DNA from: Schmidtea polychroa
Taxonomy: Eukaryota
Assembly: GCA_044892525.1 (NCBI GenBank)
Contig: CM097885.1
Span: 2,234,001 to 2,298,000 of the forward strand
Length of the DNA: 64,000 nt
Direction of reading: 5' to 3'
The position numbers and the translations under genes are program-made. Positions within the stretch are counted from its first letter, which is position 1. Each line of letters opens with the position of its first letter. Below are positions 52,170-63,330 of this stretch, in pieces. A model generated the notes under the pieces. That model was not told where the DNA came from. It saw nothing but the letters and a program-made list of their open reading frames with translations, and ran no database searches.

Positions 52170-52867
52170 CTAGGAGCACATCTGATTGACCGTTTGTTGC
52201 ATGTCCTCATGTAGCTTTCCATCATACCCAACTCAGTTTTGAATTCACAATTTTGCATTGGGCATTTAACAATGACCTCAGATACTCTTAAATTGACTGG
52301 ATGATCCACAGAAACATTTTTAGTGAAAAGAATCGTTTGAACTTGACAATATTTTGCTGCTCCTGGACAGAATTTATCTTTTCCATCCAAATAATGCTCA
52401 ATGCAATCAGAACAAAAGCGGCAACCGCAAGGAGCATTGCAAGCCTTTATCATTAAACATTTGCAAATTCTGCATATCAATTCACTGCTGATTTTTCATC
52501 TTATTGGCTGCTTGTTGCATATTCTCATGTGGCTCTCCATCACCTCTAATTCATCTTTGAATTGACAATTTTGCATAGGGCATTTCACTATCACTTCTGA
52601 AATCCGACTGTTAGCATTAATGTCTACTACAATATCATTTGCAAAATTTATCAATTTCTTTCCACAATGTTTTGCTGCTCCTGGACAGAATTTATCCGTT
52701 CCATCCAAAAAATGCTCAATGCAATCAGAACAAAAGCGGCAACCGCAAGGAGCATTGCAAGCCTTTATCATTAAACATTTGCAAATTCTGCATATCAATT
52801 CACTGCTGATTTCATTATCAAATTCAAATTTATTTCTCTTCATCATTTCCCATACGCTTGCAAACAT
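52170..52867 (-). pseudogene. Truncated inverted TRAF-like copy with a tandemly repeated RING/zinc-finger segment
   Basis: 52496-52867 is nearly identical to 48770-49140. It is followed by a second RING/ZnF fragment at 52170-52495. No MATH domain; it ends in the pogo fragment. Confidence 0.8.
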
Positions 52868-53388
52868 TTTATCTAAAATTAACAAAATTATCAAAATATT
52901 TCAACATTTTACAACATAAATCATAAATCATACTTATTATATTGATTATTTCCGCTGACGTTTACAATTTCAATATTTATAATTTGTATTTTGATGTAGA
53001 TAAACAAACATTTTATAAATATTGTATTTTGGCTAACAACTTCTTAATAATTCAAAATATTGCAATCTTAATATTTCCAATTTCTATTGTTGCTCTAATG
53101 ATTTTGAATTTCTTTTTATCCTGATCAAAAAATTTCCAATTATTCAAATTTCCTATAAAATATTTACTTTTTTATTTTCAATTAAATTTCTCAACAATTT
53201 TACTCTGTTTTCAAATTTTGATTTAATTTACAAATAAATAAGAAAAACACTGAAAATGAACATAGTTATGATGTCCTCAACTTCTAAATTCATAAAATAA
53301 ATCAATAATAATTCAATAAGATATATTTTTCAAAAAAACACTAAAACGAATATTATTCAAACAAAACTTTACATAACTCTCCCCTTCT

Positions 53389-56300
53389 TTAAGGAACTGC
53401 CCATCTCTTAAGCCATTCAATTCGTCTGAGTTTCTTTGTCGTCCCGTCACTCAATTCCACCTGGTGTTCTGACAAAAACTTTGATATGACAAACGGACCT
53501 TCATACTGTAGTCCATCTTTGTCGCGATTTTGTGGTTCTTTCCGAACTAATACTTTCTCCCCCACCGTGAAACATCGATTCGTTCTCTTCTCTGTTTCCA
53601 TCTCTTTCATTCGTTTAGCTGCTTTCTCATTGTTCTCTCTTACCAATCTATGTATCTCAACTGTATCCAATGTCGTCTGAGGCAATGTTGAATGAAGGTT
53701 AATCTTCCTCCCAAAAACAATTTCAAATGGAGAAAATCCCGTCGCGCTCTGTTGTGTCACGTTGATACAAAATTCTACTCGAGGAAGTAACTCCGCCCAA
53801 TTTCGCTCTCCTAGTCCACCTGCTAATGATGTCGCCAGCAAGTCTCTGACTGTCCGTATTGTTCTCTCAACTAAACCGTTAGATTGATGCTGATATGGTG
53901 AACTGAACTGTTGCGTAATACCCAGTCTTCCTAGATTTGTTTTCATAAAACCACTATCGAAGTTCTTCCCTCTGTCTGACAGACAATTTCGCGGTTTTCC
54001 GAAACGGTATATCCACTTCTCCAATATGGCTTTGAAAATCGATCTCTCGTCTTGTCTCTCCAGTGCGGTCACACTGACCATTTTGCTAAAACGATCAATG
54101 ATAACTAGCATATACTTGTACACTCCACCATTCTTCATGTGTGCTATATCAATGACCAACTGCTCTAAAAATTCTGAACTTATTATCGGCAACAATCGTT
54201 CCTTTGTCTTCTCCTGCACTATTTTCCTTCTGCAGCATATCTCACATACTCTCAAACAGTTTTGTATAGTTTCTTGCATGTTTGGCCAAAAAAATATGTT
54301 GCTCATATAGCTAATTAATTTCTTTACTCCAATGTGACACATTTCAGTATGTATTCCTTTAACTAACGTATTTGAGTAGTCTATCGGCACCAGGATGACA
54401 TCTTTACCATTCTTCTCTAATAATAAAAACCCATCTTCTAATTTTATGTTGTTATGCAAATTGAAAGGAAATTTCTTTTTATTCAAGTCATCTTTTTTCT
54501 CTTCTCCCTGTAACACTCTTGTCATGTGAATGAAATCTACATCATCTTGTTGCTTTTCTAAGAGTTTAGTCATCGACTCAGTCTTCTGTAATGAGCTGAT
54601 ATGTCTTACTCTGGCTTTTTCTTCTTTTGCGTCTTCATGTCTAGTCTGGCATTGTGCACATAGCATCCCTTTAATCCTTGATATTCCGTCCGCATTTCCA
54701 TGTTCCTCTCCTTTCCTATATTGAAGATCGAAATCATATCCGGAAAGGTTGGCTAGCCAGGTTTGAAATTGCGGGCTTATCGGTTTTTTTGTGTATCTCA
54801 TGAAAACCAACGCCTTGTGATCCGTTCGTACTACAAATGACTTTCCGTATAGATATTGTTTAAAATACATTACATATTCGTGTATAGCAAGTAACTCCTT
54901 CCTAGTCACACAATAACCTTTTTCATGTGCTGTCAAGTGTCTCGACCCATATGCAATTACTACTTCAGTACCATCTTCTTTAGCTTGACATAAAACTGCT
55001 CCGATGGCCCCAAAACTAGCGTCTGTATCCAGAATAAAGTTTCTATCCATTCTTGGGTAATCTAGAATTGGAGCTTCACACAACTTTGTTTTAAGTAATT
55101 CAAAACTATTGTTGCAATCTTCTGACCAATTAATCTTTTTCTCACAGCCGGACGTAGCTGCATGTAGAGGTTCCGCAATTTTCGCATAGTCTTTTATAAA
55201 CTTCCTATAGTAATTGGTCATACCTAAAAAGGATCTTAATTGTTTGGCGCATACTGGTATTTCTGCATCTTGAATCTCTTTAATCTTCTTGTCGTTCGTT
55301 TTTATCCCACTTGCACTTACAGTGTGCCCTAGGAATGTCAATTCTTCTTTATACAGATTACATTTTTCTGGGTTCATTCTCAACCCCGCTAGTTGAATTC
55401 TTCTGAATACTTCCTCTAATCGGTTATTGTGTTCCTCTATGTCTTTTCCATAGACAAGAATGTCGTCGAGGTAGACAACAACACCCTTAAATAATATTCC
55501 ATCCAACATTGAGTGCATCATTCTTTGAAACGTCGCAGGGGCTGTTGCTAGTCCAAAAGGAAGTCGGTTAAAACAAAACTGTCCTTGCCTTGTACTGAAA
55601 GCCGTGACCTCTTGAATTTCCTTCGCCATTCCAACTTGATAATATGCTTGACCGAGATCGATGGATGTGAAATATTTTGAATCTGCCAGACAATCCAGTA
55701 GAAATCGTGTATCTGGCATTGGAAAAGATATCTTTTCAGTGATCGCATTCAACCCTCTATAGTCGACACACATCCTTATTGATCCATCTTTCTTAGCCAC
55801 AATCACTAGTGGCGCGTTCCATGCACTTTTGCATTTTCTAATAACTCTCGCTTCTAATAAGTTTGTGACAAGTTCGTCAAGCTTTTGTTCTAAATGCATT
55901 GGTTGTCTTCTTGGCTGTAACATTACAGGCCCACCTACTATATTCATTTCATGCTGAACAACTTTCGTAAACCCGAGATCAAAAGTTGAAGCCATAAAAA
56001 TACCTTTGAACTTCCGTAGCAATATGTCTAACTGTTCATTCTTCCTGTCTCCAAGCATTAATAATGCTTTCTCTTCTCGTTGTGAGTCCACATATGTCCT
56101 CCCTACTTGTGACGCTTCAATATTGTCTACCTCTACCAGTTGAATACCAAATCTCTCCATTGTATCTACACCCCCAATGAAATCTGGACGTATATCTTTG
56201 ACAACTATAACATTAATAATTCTTTTTTTCCCATTCCAATCAGCTTTTATCGTCATTGCTCCTAACGGTCTTTCCATTCCCGTCGAAAATACTCCACAAA

Positions 56301-56550
56301 GAGAAATTGTGCTCTGCTTCAACCTCGGTTTCCCGATCTTTGTCCAACTTTTTTCACTCATAACTGATACTGACGCTCCAGAGTCCCAAAGCATGTCAAT
56401 CGCCGTCATGTTTATTACAATCTTACTCCACTTTCTTCTGTCTGTCGTCTCATACATCTTCTGCATCATGTCTTCATTTCGCTTCTTTCTACTGATTATT
56501 GTGTCGACCCCACTGACGAAATGAAAGCAATGGGATCGTCCTTGTTTTTT
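53389..56550 (-). CDS. pol: Pol polyprotein (protease, RT, RNase H, integrase), entered by a -1 frameshift
   Basis: LWDSGAS protease, YLDD RT, DTDAS RNase H, H..H..C..C plus DDE integrase, GPF motif. The frame is open upstream to the AAAAAAC site. Confidence 0.95.
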   Translation of the reverse strand, partial: KKQGRSHCFHFVSGVDTIISRKKRNEDMMQKMYETTDRRKWSKIVINMTAIDMLWDSGASVSVMSEKSWTKIGKPRLKQSTISLCGVFSTGMERPLGAMTIKADWNGKKRIINVIVVKDIRPDFIGGVDTMERFGIQLVEVDNIEASQVGRTYVDSQREEKALLMLGDRKNEQLDILLRKFKGIFMASTFDLGFTKVVQHEMNIVGGPVMLQPRRQPMHLEQKLDELVTNLLEARVIRKCKSAWNAPLVIVAKKDGSIRMCVDYRGLNAITEKISFPMPDTRFLLDCLADSKYFTSIDLGQAYYQVGMAKEIQEVTAFSTRQGQFCFNRLPFGLATAPATFQRMMHSMLDGILFKGVVVYLDDILVYGKDIEEHNNRLEEVFRRIQLAGLRMNPEKCNLYKEELTFLGHTVSASGIKTNDKKIKEIQDAEIPVCAKQLRSFLGMTNYYRKFIKDYAKIAEPLHAATSGCEKKINWSEDCNNSFELLKTKLCEAPILDYPRMDRNFILDTDASFGAIGAVLCQAKEDGTEVVIAYGSRHLTAHEKGYCVTRKELLAIHEYVMYFKQYLYGKSFVVRTDHKALVFMRYTKKPISPQFQTWLANLSGYDFDLQYRKGEEHGNADGISRIKGMLCAQCQTRHEDAKEEKARVRHISSLQKTESMTKLLEKQQDDVDFIHMTRVLQGEEKKDDLNKKKFPFNLHNNIKLEDGFLLLEKNGKDVILVPIDYSNTLVKGIHTEMCHIGVKKLISYMSNIFFWPNMQETIQNCLRVCEICCRRKIVQEKTKERLLPIISSEFLEQLVIDIAHMKNGGVYKYMLVIIDRFSKMVSVTALERQDERSIFKAILEKWIYRFGKPRNCLSDRGKNFDSGFMKTNLGRLGITQQFSSPYQHQSNGLVERTIRTVRDLLATSLAGGLGERNWAELLPRVEFCINVTQQSATGFSPFEIVFGRKINLHSTLPQTTLDTVEIHRLVRENNEKAAKRMKEMETEKRTNRCFTVGEKVLVRKEPQNRDKDGLQYEGPFVISKFLSEHQVELSDGTTKKLRRIEWLKRWAVP

Positions 56551-57755
56551 GGTTTATCCATTGATTTTTTTATCGTTTCTTCGTAATTACTGTATAAATC
56601 TTCTGTAAAATCACCATTATTTCTTTCGTGATCTTCTTCGTAAATACATGCCACTCTCTTCTGATATCCATTTCTATTTTTAAGCAAAAAACAATCTCTG
56701 AATCCATGACCTTCTTTTCCACAGATTAGACATTTGTCTTTCATAGGACATTCAAAACGCCGGTGCCCTTTTTCTCCACAACAAAAACACTGACCTGGTG
56801 TCAGTTTCACTGGATGAGGCGAATCTCTTCCTTTGCTGTCATTAAATAACCTTCTTGCAATATCTTTAAGCGATACTGTAGGTATTCTTCTCTCTGGTTC
56901 TCCCGTCTCATATCGTCCTCTATACCGCTCATTTTCATTCTTGTCTTCATTTACAATTGGTACAAACCGACCATTACCAGGTCTATTCCTCTCATGATTA
57001 ATCTCTCGGTGTTCGTCGCGTTGATGTGCAGTTGTCTTCACAATTGTTCTTTGGTCTCGTCTACCCTCGAATTTACCATTTTTCATCACTGATGCGTAGG
57101 AGTCTCTTCTTATGGCATCAATATTGAATTTATTGTCATTCGTCATCTCGATCTTCTCCTGAATTTTTGCCATATCCCTGGCATCTTCAAAACTTGTCAC
57201 TTTCCCTGATAAGAATATTTCTTTTACCCTATCGTCTTTCGCTCTGTTTGAGATAATGTCTCGAACAATCTGTTCATCAGACATTCCAGAGCTAAATACA
57301 CTTTTAACTAAACTTCTTACTCGTATTTCGAAGACTTGGAATCTTTCATCTCTCTCTTGCTGAATTTGAGCTAGTTCTACAATCTTGTTAGTAATGGTTT
57401 TCCTTACTGTAAAAGTTTCTATAAACCACTCTTTTGCCATTTCATCGGTCATCTTCGCTATTTTCGCCGCTTCCCATAACATCGATGCCGCATCTGTCAA
57501 CAAAAGATCCAATGCGTCTACTAGACTTTGATCTTCTATTCTCAGCCATTCCATAATATCCTTTAGCCAAAGTTCGGCTTCAGATCCAACTTTTCCGTCA
57601 AACTTTCTGACATTAAAATTTAGCATCTCACGTGCTTGTTTTGACAAGGAATCTAACATATTCTTGGTTCCTTTCTTTTTTCCTATCGCATTGATTTCCT
57701 TGACGTGGTCGCCAGTTATGATGTCCTCAACTTCTAAATTCATAAAATAAATCAA
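56496..57755 (-). CDS. gag: Gag with two CCHC zinc knuckles
   Basis: CFCCGEKGHRRFEC and CLICGKEGHGFRDC. The true start is probably the ATG at ~57659 downstream of the PBS. Confidence 0.92.
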   Translation of the reverse strand: MIYFMNLEVEDIITGDHVKEINAIGKKKGTKNMLDSLSKQAREMLNFNVRKFDGKVGSEAELWLKDIMEWLRIEDQSLVDALDLLLTDAASMLWEAAKIAKMTDEMAKEWFIETFTVRKTITNKIVELAQIQQERDERFQVFEIRVRSLVKSVFSSGMSDEQIVRDIISNRAKDDRVKEIFLSGKVTSFEDARDMAKIQEKIEMTNDNKFNIDAIRRDSYASVMKNGKFEGRRDQRTIVKTTAHQRDEHREINHERNRPGNGRFVPIVNEDKNENERYRGRYETGEPERRIPTVSLKDIARRLFNDSKGRDSPHPVKLTPGQCFCCGEKGHRRFECPMKDKCLICGKEGHGFRDCFLLKNRNGYQKRVACIYEEDHERNNGDFTEDLYSNYEETIKKSMDKPKNKDDPIAFISSVGSTQ

Positions 57756-58465
57756 TAATAATTCAATAAGATATATTTTTCAAAAAAACACTAAAACGAA
57801 TATTATTCAAACAAAACTTTACATAACTAACATTAATAGAATTTCAAATCTCAATTTAAACTTCAAAGCAATATTTAAAAAATGTTTTGTTTATCTACAT
57901 CAAAAAACATATTTTAAATATTGAAATTTCAAAAGTAAGAGGAAATAATTATTATTTATAATTATAATTTATGAATTGTGAAAACCTTTGAAATATTTTA
58001 ATAATTTCATAATGAAATATTTAATTGATTTATTTTCATAATTATTGATTTGAAACTTATTCATAGAATTTTTAACATTTTTCACAGATAATTATTTTAT
58101 TGATTTATTTATTTTGCTACAAATTTTCATTTTCCGATTGATTTATTTCAATTATTTCATAAAATTCTTGATTCAAGATTTAGATTAAATTCTAATTTAT
58201 ATTCTCATTTATGAATCCAATTATCTAATTGTGGATCATTGCCATTATATTTATAACCATAGCGAGATCATTAGGTCACAGGCCAAAACCTCACAATTGC
58301 TGAATAATACATTAATAACCCATTTAGCGTTACCCAGTAAAATTTTATTCTTTAATTATATCCATTTATTTAAACAAATTTAATAATATTATTTCATTTC
58401 CTCCTGCCGAGCCCAATCTCCCAGTCTTTGCGGGGCTCTAGGAATTCCATTCATCTTTACAAGGC

Positions 58466-58860
58466 CAGTGGCGTAGCTAGATATTTCGGGCCGCTATGCA
58501 ATGAGTCATAGATCTCCCTTTTGCAATGAGTCATAGATAGGCCCTATGCAATGAGTCATAGATAGGCCCCTTTGCAATGAGTCATAGATGGCCCCTATGC
58601 AATGAGTCATAGATGGCCCCTATGCAATGAGTCATAGATAGGCCCTTTGCAATGAGTCATAGATGCCCCCCCCCCCCATACTGCATGCACAAGTGAAATA
58701 GGTACAAAGCACCATATGGCCCCCTTTGGAAGCATAATTGAATTAGACCAGGGTTTCCCAAACTTTTCCTGTGACGGAACACTTCGCAACTCTCGAAATT
58801 TTGATGGAACACCTTGTTTATTTTGTACGGTATGAGACCAGTGGCCTAGGCCTACCCAAG
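58466..58860. repeat. hAT-like MITE ends enclosing a ~22-26-bp minisatellite (TGCAATGAGTCATAGAT..GGCCCC x7)
   Basis: CAGTGGCGTAGCTAG at 58466 and CAGGGTTTCCCAAAC at 58749 resemble hAT termini. Tandem units run ~58497-58670. Confidence 0.55.
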
Positions 58861-59549
58861 ATGTTTTTAAGGGGGAGGGGAGAGTGTTTATTGAAAGAAG
58901 GGCTTATAGTTACAAAGGAGATTTGCGCCTCAGGCAAAACATTTTTTTGGGTCCTCTTTGGAAAGACGATTTAATTAAATAATTAGAGCTCAATATACAA
59001 TATGACAGTATAAGTCGTTATACAATGATAGTAATGTATCAGGGACAAATGTGTATAGCCGACAAGCGACCCCGATATGAATGGGCGATTTACTTAGATA
59101 ACTAAAGTTGCTTGCTTATACAGTATATTATTAGCGCGGCAGAGGCAGAGAGGGATTGCATAAATAGGTAAATAATGTACTTAATGCAATAAGTAAACAA
59201 AACAGTGGAGCTTTATTACATAAAACCATAAATCGATCATTTGAAGGTTCCTGTTGACTGGTGCCGAGCGTGCCGTTGTTTGACCTTGTTTTCTGAAGAA
59301 AATTAAGGAAACTTGGAAAAAGGCCCCTCTGTCTTGTGGCCCATATGCATTGCTTACTCTTGCTATATGGTAGCTGCGCCCGTGCAATGGGAATAACTTC
59401 TTCTGTCTGATCGTTGTTCATGTCTGGCATTTCATCTAGTGATAACGGAATTTCCTTCTCCATTGTCTCATTTAGCCCCTTTGGAAATTGCTGGTTGTTA
59501 CTTGCTCGTTTCATGACCGGGTTGTAGTCATCTTCTGAGATGGCTCATG

Positions 59550-61150
59550 ATGTATTCCCGTCCTTTGGCATGAGAAAGTTTGACAAGAAGTGTCATTAGT
59601 TAAGCAAGATTTGTAGTCCACAACTTTACCTTGTTGGAATGGAGGTATTATCGGTCAGCGTATTAGTCTCCTAAAAATCATTTCTAATGGAGACTTACCT
59701 TCAAAATCAGCAGATATCCGATGATAAAATAGCATCTTTTGAAGAACCTAGTCAAATTCAGTATGGCATTGACTTACCTTCCAACATTTTACACCCCTCT
59801 TGGGGGGTTTGAACTGCTCGTTCAGCTCTGCCATTTGCCATTGGGAAGTATGGCGGAGATTCCATTTTACGGGCTCCTTGGTTCTCTAACCATAACATTA
59901 GTTCGTTTGATGTGAACTCCGGTGCGTTATCTGTTACGACACATTCAGGGATACCGAACACTGTTCTCAGACATTTGATAATGCCGTATGTGGTCCTCTC
60001 TTTCGTTCTAAATCTTCGATCCGACCCGAACTCGAGTTGACTATAATTAAAATATTGCCAACCTGTTTGGCGTCAAAATGTACTCGTTCGAATGGCTTAG
60101 TATTGGGCCATCGATGAACTGTTTTGATTGGATTTGATCGTTTGTGTCTTGACCAATGTCGTTTGTCATATCTGGCCACCATGCCACCGAGCTCATCATT
60201 CTGTTAGAAGTTTGCACTCCATTGTGTGTTTCCTTGTGGATTAAATTAAAAGCTTTTTCGCGAAGTCTCTCGGAAATAAACACTCTAGTGCCATTATACA
60301 GCATTTTGTGTCGATTGTGAGACTTTTATAATTTTTTTAAATTGTGCTTCAAATTGACTGCATTTGGACCAACTTCCACTTATCACTCGTTGCATAATTC
60401 CTTTCAACCGTTCATCAATCTCAAGTTCATTTATAATTTCTTTTGGATCTAAAACATTACAAAATGTGACGTTGTAAATTCATGGCGCATTCATTGTGTC
60501 GAAATCAACATTTTCCTTGCCAGCATCTTTGAATTTAAGCCTTGACATGGCATCCGCGTGTGGGATCTGTGCTCCCGGAATATATGTTATATCATAGTCG
60601 TATTTCATCAGTTGTATTGCCCATTTTGTTACCCGTGCTAAGACTTGTTCTGGGATTGCCCTGTCACTTCCAAATAAATATTTCAACGGACAATGATCGG
60701 TCTGAATTAGCAATTTTCTTCCTAGAAGGAAATGGCTCAACGTGGTTGTTGACCATACAACCGCTATGTTTGAATAATTACGTTCAGATTGGCTCAGAGT
60801 TCGGGGAACATAAATCACTGGGTAACCTTCTTGAGTTAGAACTGCTCCGAGGTCGTTCAAGGATGCTTCTATCGCCAGAGTCACTCCTTTTTCTAGGGAG
60901 TAATTCTATCTTGGATAGAGGATACAATTCCGTCTGGATTTTCTGGTTTATATGAACTTTGAAATCAACACACATTCTTAAATCTCCATTCTCTTTTTTT
61001 ATTCATGCTACGGGAGAACAATTCATAACTGGATCTTTTGCATCTCATTTCCTTAAGACGTGATAATTCCTCGTTGATTCTTGTTTCTATTGCCAACGGT
61101 ATGGTTCTTGCCTTATAGAAAACATTCCTGACCCTTTTTATTGGAATCAT
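59550..61150 (-). mobile_element. Degenerate Ty3/gypsy pol (RT, RNase H and integrase fragments)
   Basis: CVDFKV, LGAVLTQEGYPV...TDHCPL...ADAMSR and FGIPECVVTDNAPEFTS...NGRAERAVQT; many frameshifts. Confidence 0.85.
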
Positions 61151-61510
61151 TGTGTTCTTTGAATTCCTTTGATTGTAGGAAGAAATGTACTATTCATCGT
61201 GACATTGTGATTGCTGGTTTCTGCTTCTAAAAGATCTCTTGAATTTATTAAAAAGAGAGCTTGAAAACTATAAATCAGTAATATATCGATGTTTGTTGAT
61301 ACTCACAAATCTTCGGCACTGTCTTTTTCAAATTCACTTGAAAAAGGCAGTGCCGAAAATTCGTGAATATCAAAAACATCGATATATTACTGATTTATGG
61401 TCCTCAAGCTCTTTTAATTAAATACAATGGAAAAAAAATCAGTGGTAAAATTGGAAAAAAACGTTCTTATAATATCGAAATTTTTGATAATTTTGTTAAT
61501 TTTAGATAAA

Positions 61511-62941
61511 ATGTTTGCAAGCGTATGGGAAATAATGAAGAGAAATAAATTTGAATTTGATAATGAAATCAGCAGTGAATTGATATGCAGAATTTGCAAA
61601 TGTTTAATGATAAAGGCTTGCAATGCTCCTTGCGGTTGTCGCTTTTGTTCTGATTGCATTGAGCATTATTTGGATGGAACGGATAAATTCTGTCCAGGAG
61701 CAGAAAAACATTGTGGAAAGAAAATGATAAATTTCAATAAGGATATTTCTGAAGATCATGCGATCAATTTAAGGATTTCAGAAGTGATAGTGAAATGCCC
61801 AATGCAAAATTGTCAATTCAAAGATGAATTAGAGGTGATGGAGAGCCACATGAGGGCATGCAACAAACAGCCAATAAGATGTCCGTTCAATAGAATTGGA
61901 TGTGAAATGAATGAAGTAGAGAAGGACGAAATCAAAGTCCATCTCAATGAGAACAATGAAGGTCATAGCAAATTACTGATTGATCAGATCAGTAATTTAT
62001 ACAATGGAATGCAAGCAATGAGAGATGAGGATATCAAATTGCGTAACGAAATTATCAATATCAATGTACAATTTTATTTGTAATTAATTTAATTGATATT
62101 TGTGATTGTAGGTGAAATTGTGCAATATTGAAAGGAAAGAGGCGGAGAACAGAGCAGAAATAGAAGAATTGAATGAAGAAATGGTGGCAGTGAAGAATGA
62201 GAATCGCTCATTGAGAATGGAGATGGAGACAAATATTGGATCAATCAATCAAGTTTTATTATTGATTTGATTTGTTATTGATTTGTTATTGATGTAAAGC
62301 AGGTCAGACATCAAATTGAGGTGATTGAATCAAAATGTCAACAGCAAATTGATGAGTTGAAAGAGAAATGCGAGCAGTCGCTGCAACAGGAGAATGCAAA
62401 TGTGATTTATTGATTTTTTAAAATGTTTGAATTTGAGATTCAGTTGCAGCTTAAAATGGCGAAATGCGCCAATGAAATTAGGCTGATTGAAAACAAATTA
62501 AGAAATGAAAAATATATAAATTGCGGATTTTTTGAATGGCAAATCGATAAATTATCACAACATAAAAGAGATGTATATATTTACAGCAAGGCATTTTATT
62601 CGGGGCCAATCGGTTACAAAATGTGCTTGAGGGTGTTTATTGGGGGTATTTGGGGTAATTGGTTTGCAATTGATTTCTGTTTGATGCGTGGGGTCAATGA
62701 TGAGCAATTGGATTGGCCGTTCAAAAAATCAGTGATAATCGATGTAATCGATCCAACAAATGGCAGCATTTATAAGAGCAAGTCAATGAAATATTCAGAT
62801 TGGCCTGATAATGCCGGATGGAAGAAGCCGTCAAATGACAGAAATTATCCAATTTACTTTTATTATCGTGATTACTCAATCTATGAATTCGTAGCCAAAA
62901 GTGATAATTTGCTGCTCAGGTGCAAAATTGAAAATCTGTGA
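61511..62941 (+). CDS. TRAF-like protein, full four-exon copy (61511-62065, 62112-62252, 62303-62401, 62444-62941)
   Basis: RING/ZnF/coiled-coil/MATH as in the 48770 copy; three phase-0 GT-AG introns of 46, 50 and 42 nt. Confidence 0.9.
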
Positions 62942-63145
62942 CAAATTTAAACAAACACTTCGATAAAAAATTGATTTATTTTGGCTTTTGTTTTGTTTTA
63001 ATATTTGCCTTGGATTGGTGAATAAATTTGTCTGGATCAGTTTATTGATAAATTTGCCAAATTATAAACTGATTGCAACATTATTAATGCTGTGGATCAG
63101 TTTTAACCGCATTTAATGTTGATTGGATCAAATTGGATCATTTAA

Positions 63146-63330
63146 CCCTTTGATTCCTGGCCTAATTTCTCCCATTTCCTGAGCTACTAGGCGCAAAACA
63201 ATTTTCACTTATCTACTCATTATGCTTGTAACCTTTGAACCGTTTGAGATAATCAAGCCAAATTCGGTATACGTCCTCAGTATCAAACTGCTACATCTTT
63301 TGCACCAGCTTTATGCGCTGAAGTCGAAGG
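63146..63330. mobile_element. Possible piggyBac-type terminus
   Basis: TTAA|CCCTTTGATTCC begins about where homology to the 3' flank of the other TRAF copy stops. The other end is not seen. Confidence 0.4.

Larger units (their letters stand above)
53264..57828 (-). mobile_element. Intact, recent Ty3/gypsy LTR retrotransposon (4565 bp)
   Basis: Identical 115-bp LTRs (53264-53378 and 57714-57828) with AGTTATG...CATAACT ends. 5-bp TSD AACAT, PBS TGGCGACCACGTCAAGGA, PPT AAGAAGGGGAG, open gag and pol. Confidence 0.97.

Noticed and set aside
58497..58670. CRISPR-like array (also the 142-bp and 68-bp repeats)
   Set aside because: No unique spacers, no cas genes, eukaryotic context; these are tandem repeats.
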